Shown in pieces: positions 63,456 to 64,000 of a stretch of DNA of 64,000 nt. Origin of the DNA: Octopus bimaculoides (Eukaryota); contig NC_068982.1 in assembly GCF_001194135.2 (NCBI RefSeq), positions 95,839,464-95,903,463 of the forward strand, written 5' to 3'. The notes under the pieces are model-generated. The model was not told where the DNA came from and searched no databases. It saw nothing but the letters and a program-made list of their open reading frames with translations. How positions within the stretch are numbered: the stretch's first letter is position 1; the number at the start of each line of letters is the position of its first letter. The position numbers and the translations under genes were made by a program.

Positions 63456-64000
63456 TGTAAAGCATTGAGGTATTCTGGGATTCTATGCAGTTTTTAACTA
63501 TCAAATTTCCCTTATTTGCCTATGGTACTGCAGAGTGGGATTGAACCCATAATCTTGCTGCTGTCAAACTTCTTAACCACATTGTCTGTGCCTATATCTT
63601 AATTTTGTCACTTTGTCTGAGAGATGAGCTATTAGTAGTCTAGGAAGTGGCACACATTTGATTCATGAATTTATGGCTATGCAGTTTGAATTTTCTGTAA
63701 AATAAAAATATCCACTTGGATGTTAAGCCATAGCTAGTGGTCATCTTATTGAATGAGCAGATGTATGTTATGTACAGCTTGTTATATGCACATTCTACTC
63801 TTAAAAGTCTACTGAAGTGGGGGGGTTAAAACAGCTACTGTTATTCACCTAATTCAGAGGAGATAGTAGTTCATATAAACAAGTAGATTGTATGAGGAAA
63901 GAATTAGGATAGTAATCAGGTAGGCAGATGTAGAGCAAATAACTTGTGACAAGGTAGCTGAATGAGATTTTATGGAATTGTCAATCCAATTAAACAGCAC

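Noticed and set aside
1-64000. CRISPR arrays, rRNA genes, operons or prokaryotic defence systems
   Set aside because: Spliced eukaryotic locus; no repeat-spacer arrays or rRNA-like sequence seen, and the tandem units found are SSRs or short 16-20-bp duplications.

Overview
AT-rich, microsatellite- and SINE-rich animal genomic DNA with 7 N-gaps. The repeat families point to an octopus or other coleoid cephalopod; this is inference. Two host genes are visible. (1) An intact, intronless 319-aa ORF on the minus strand (19979-20938) encodes a strongly divergent HSF-type DNA-binding domain with no obvious trimerisation heptads. (2) A plus-strand MARF1 (Limkain-b1) gene has 11 phase-consistent coding exons from 28606 to 63046 (RRM plus LOTUS/OST-HTH domains) and runs off the right edge. 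No NYN nuclease or first RRM could be found in the window. A candidate start exon with an upstream in-frame stop and a GC-AG intron suggests a NYN-less MARF1, probably transcribed head-to-head with the HSF-like gene from about 21.0-21.3 kb. The rest is mobile DNA: tRNA-derived SINE families (several copies with clear TSDs), a deleted Gypsy element, a solo-LTR candidate, two tandem ORF1-only LINE-like units, RTE and CR1-like LINE relics, a DD37D (maT) transposase relic, a hAT relic, MITEs and a non-autonomous Helitron. CpG is abundant left of about 22 kb and decays inside the MARF1 gene body.
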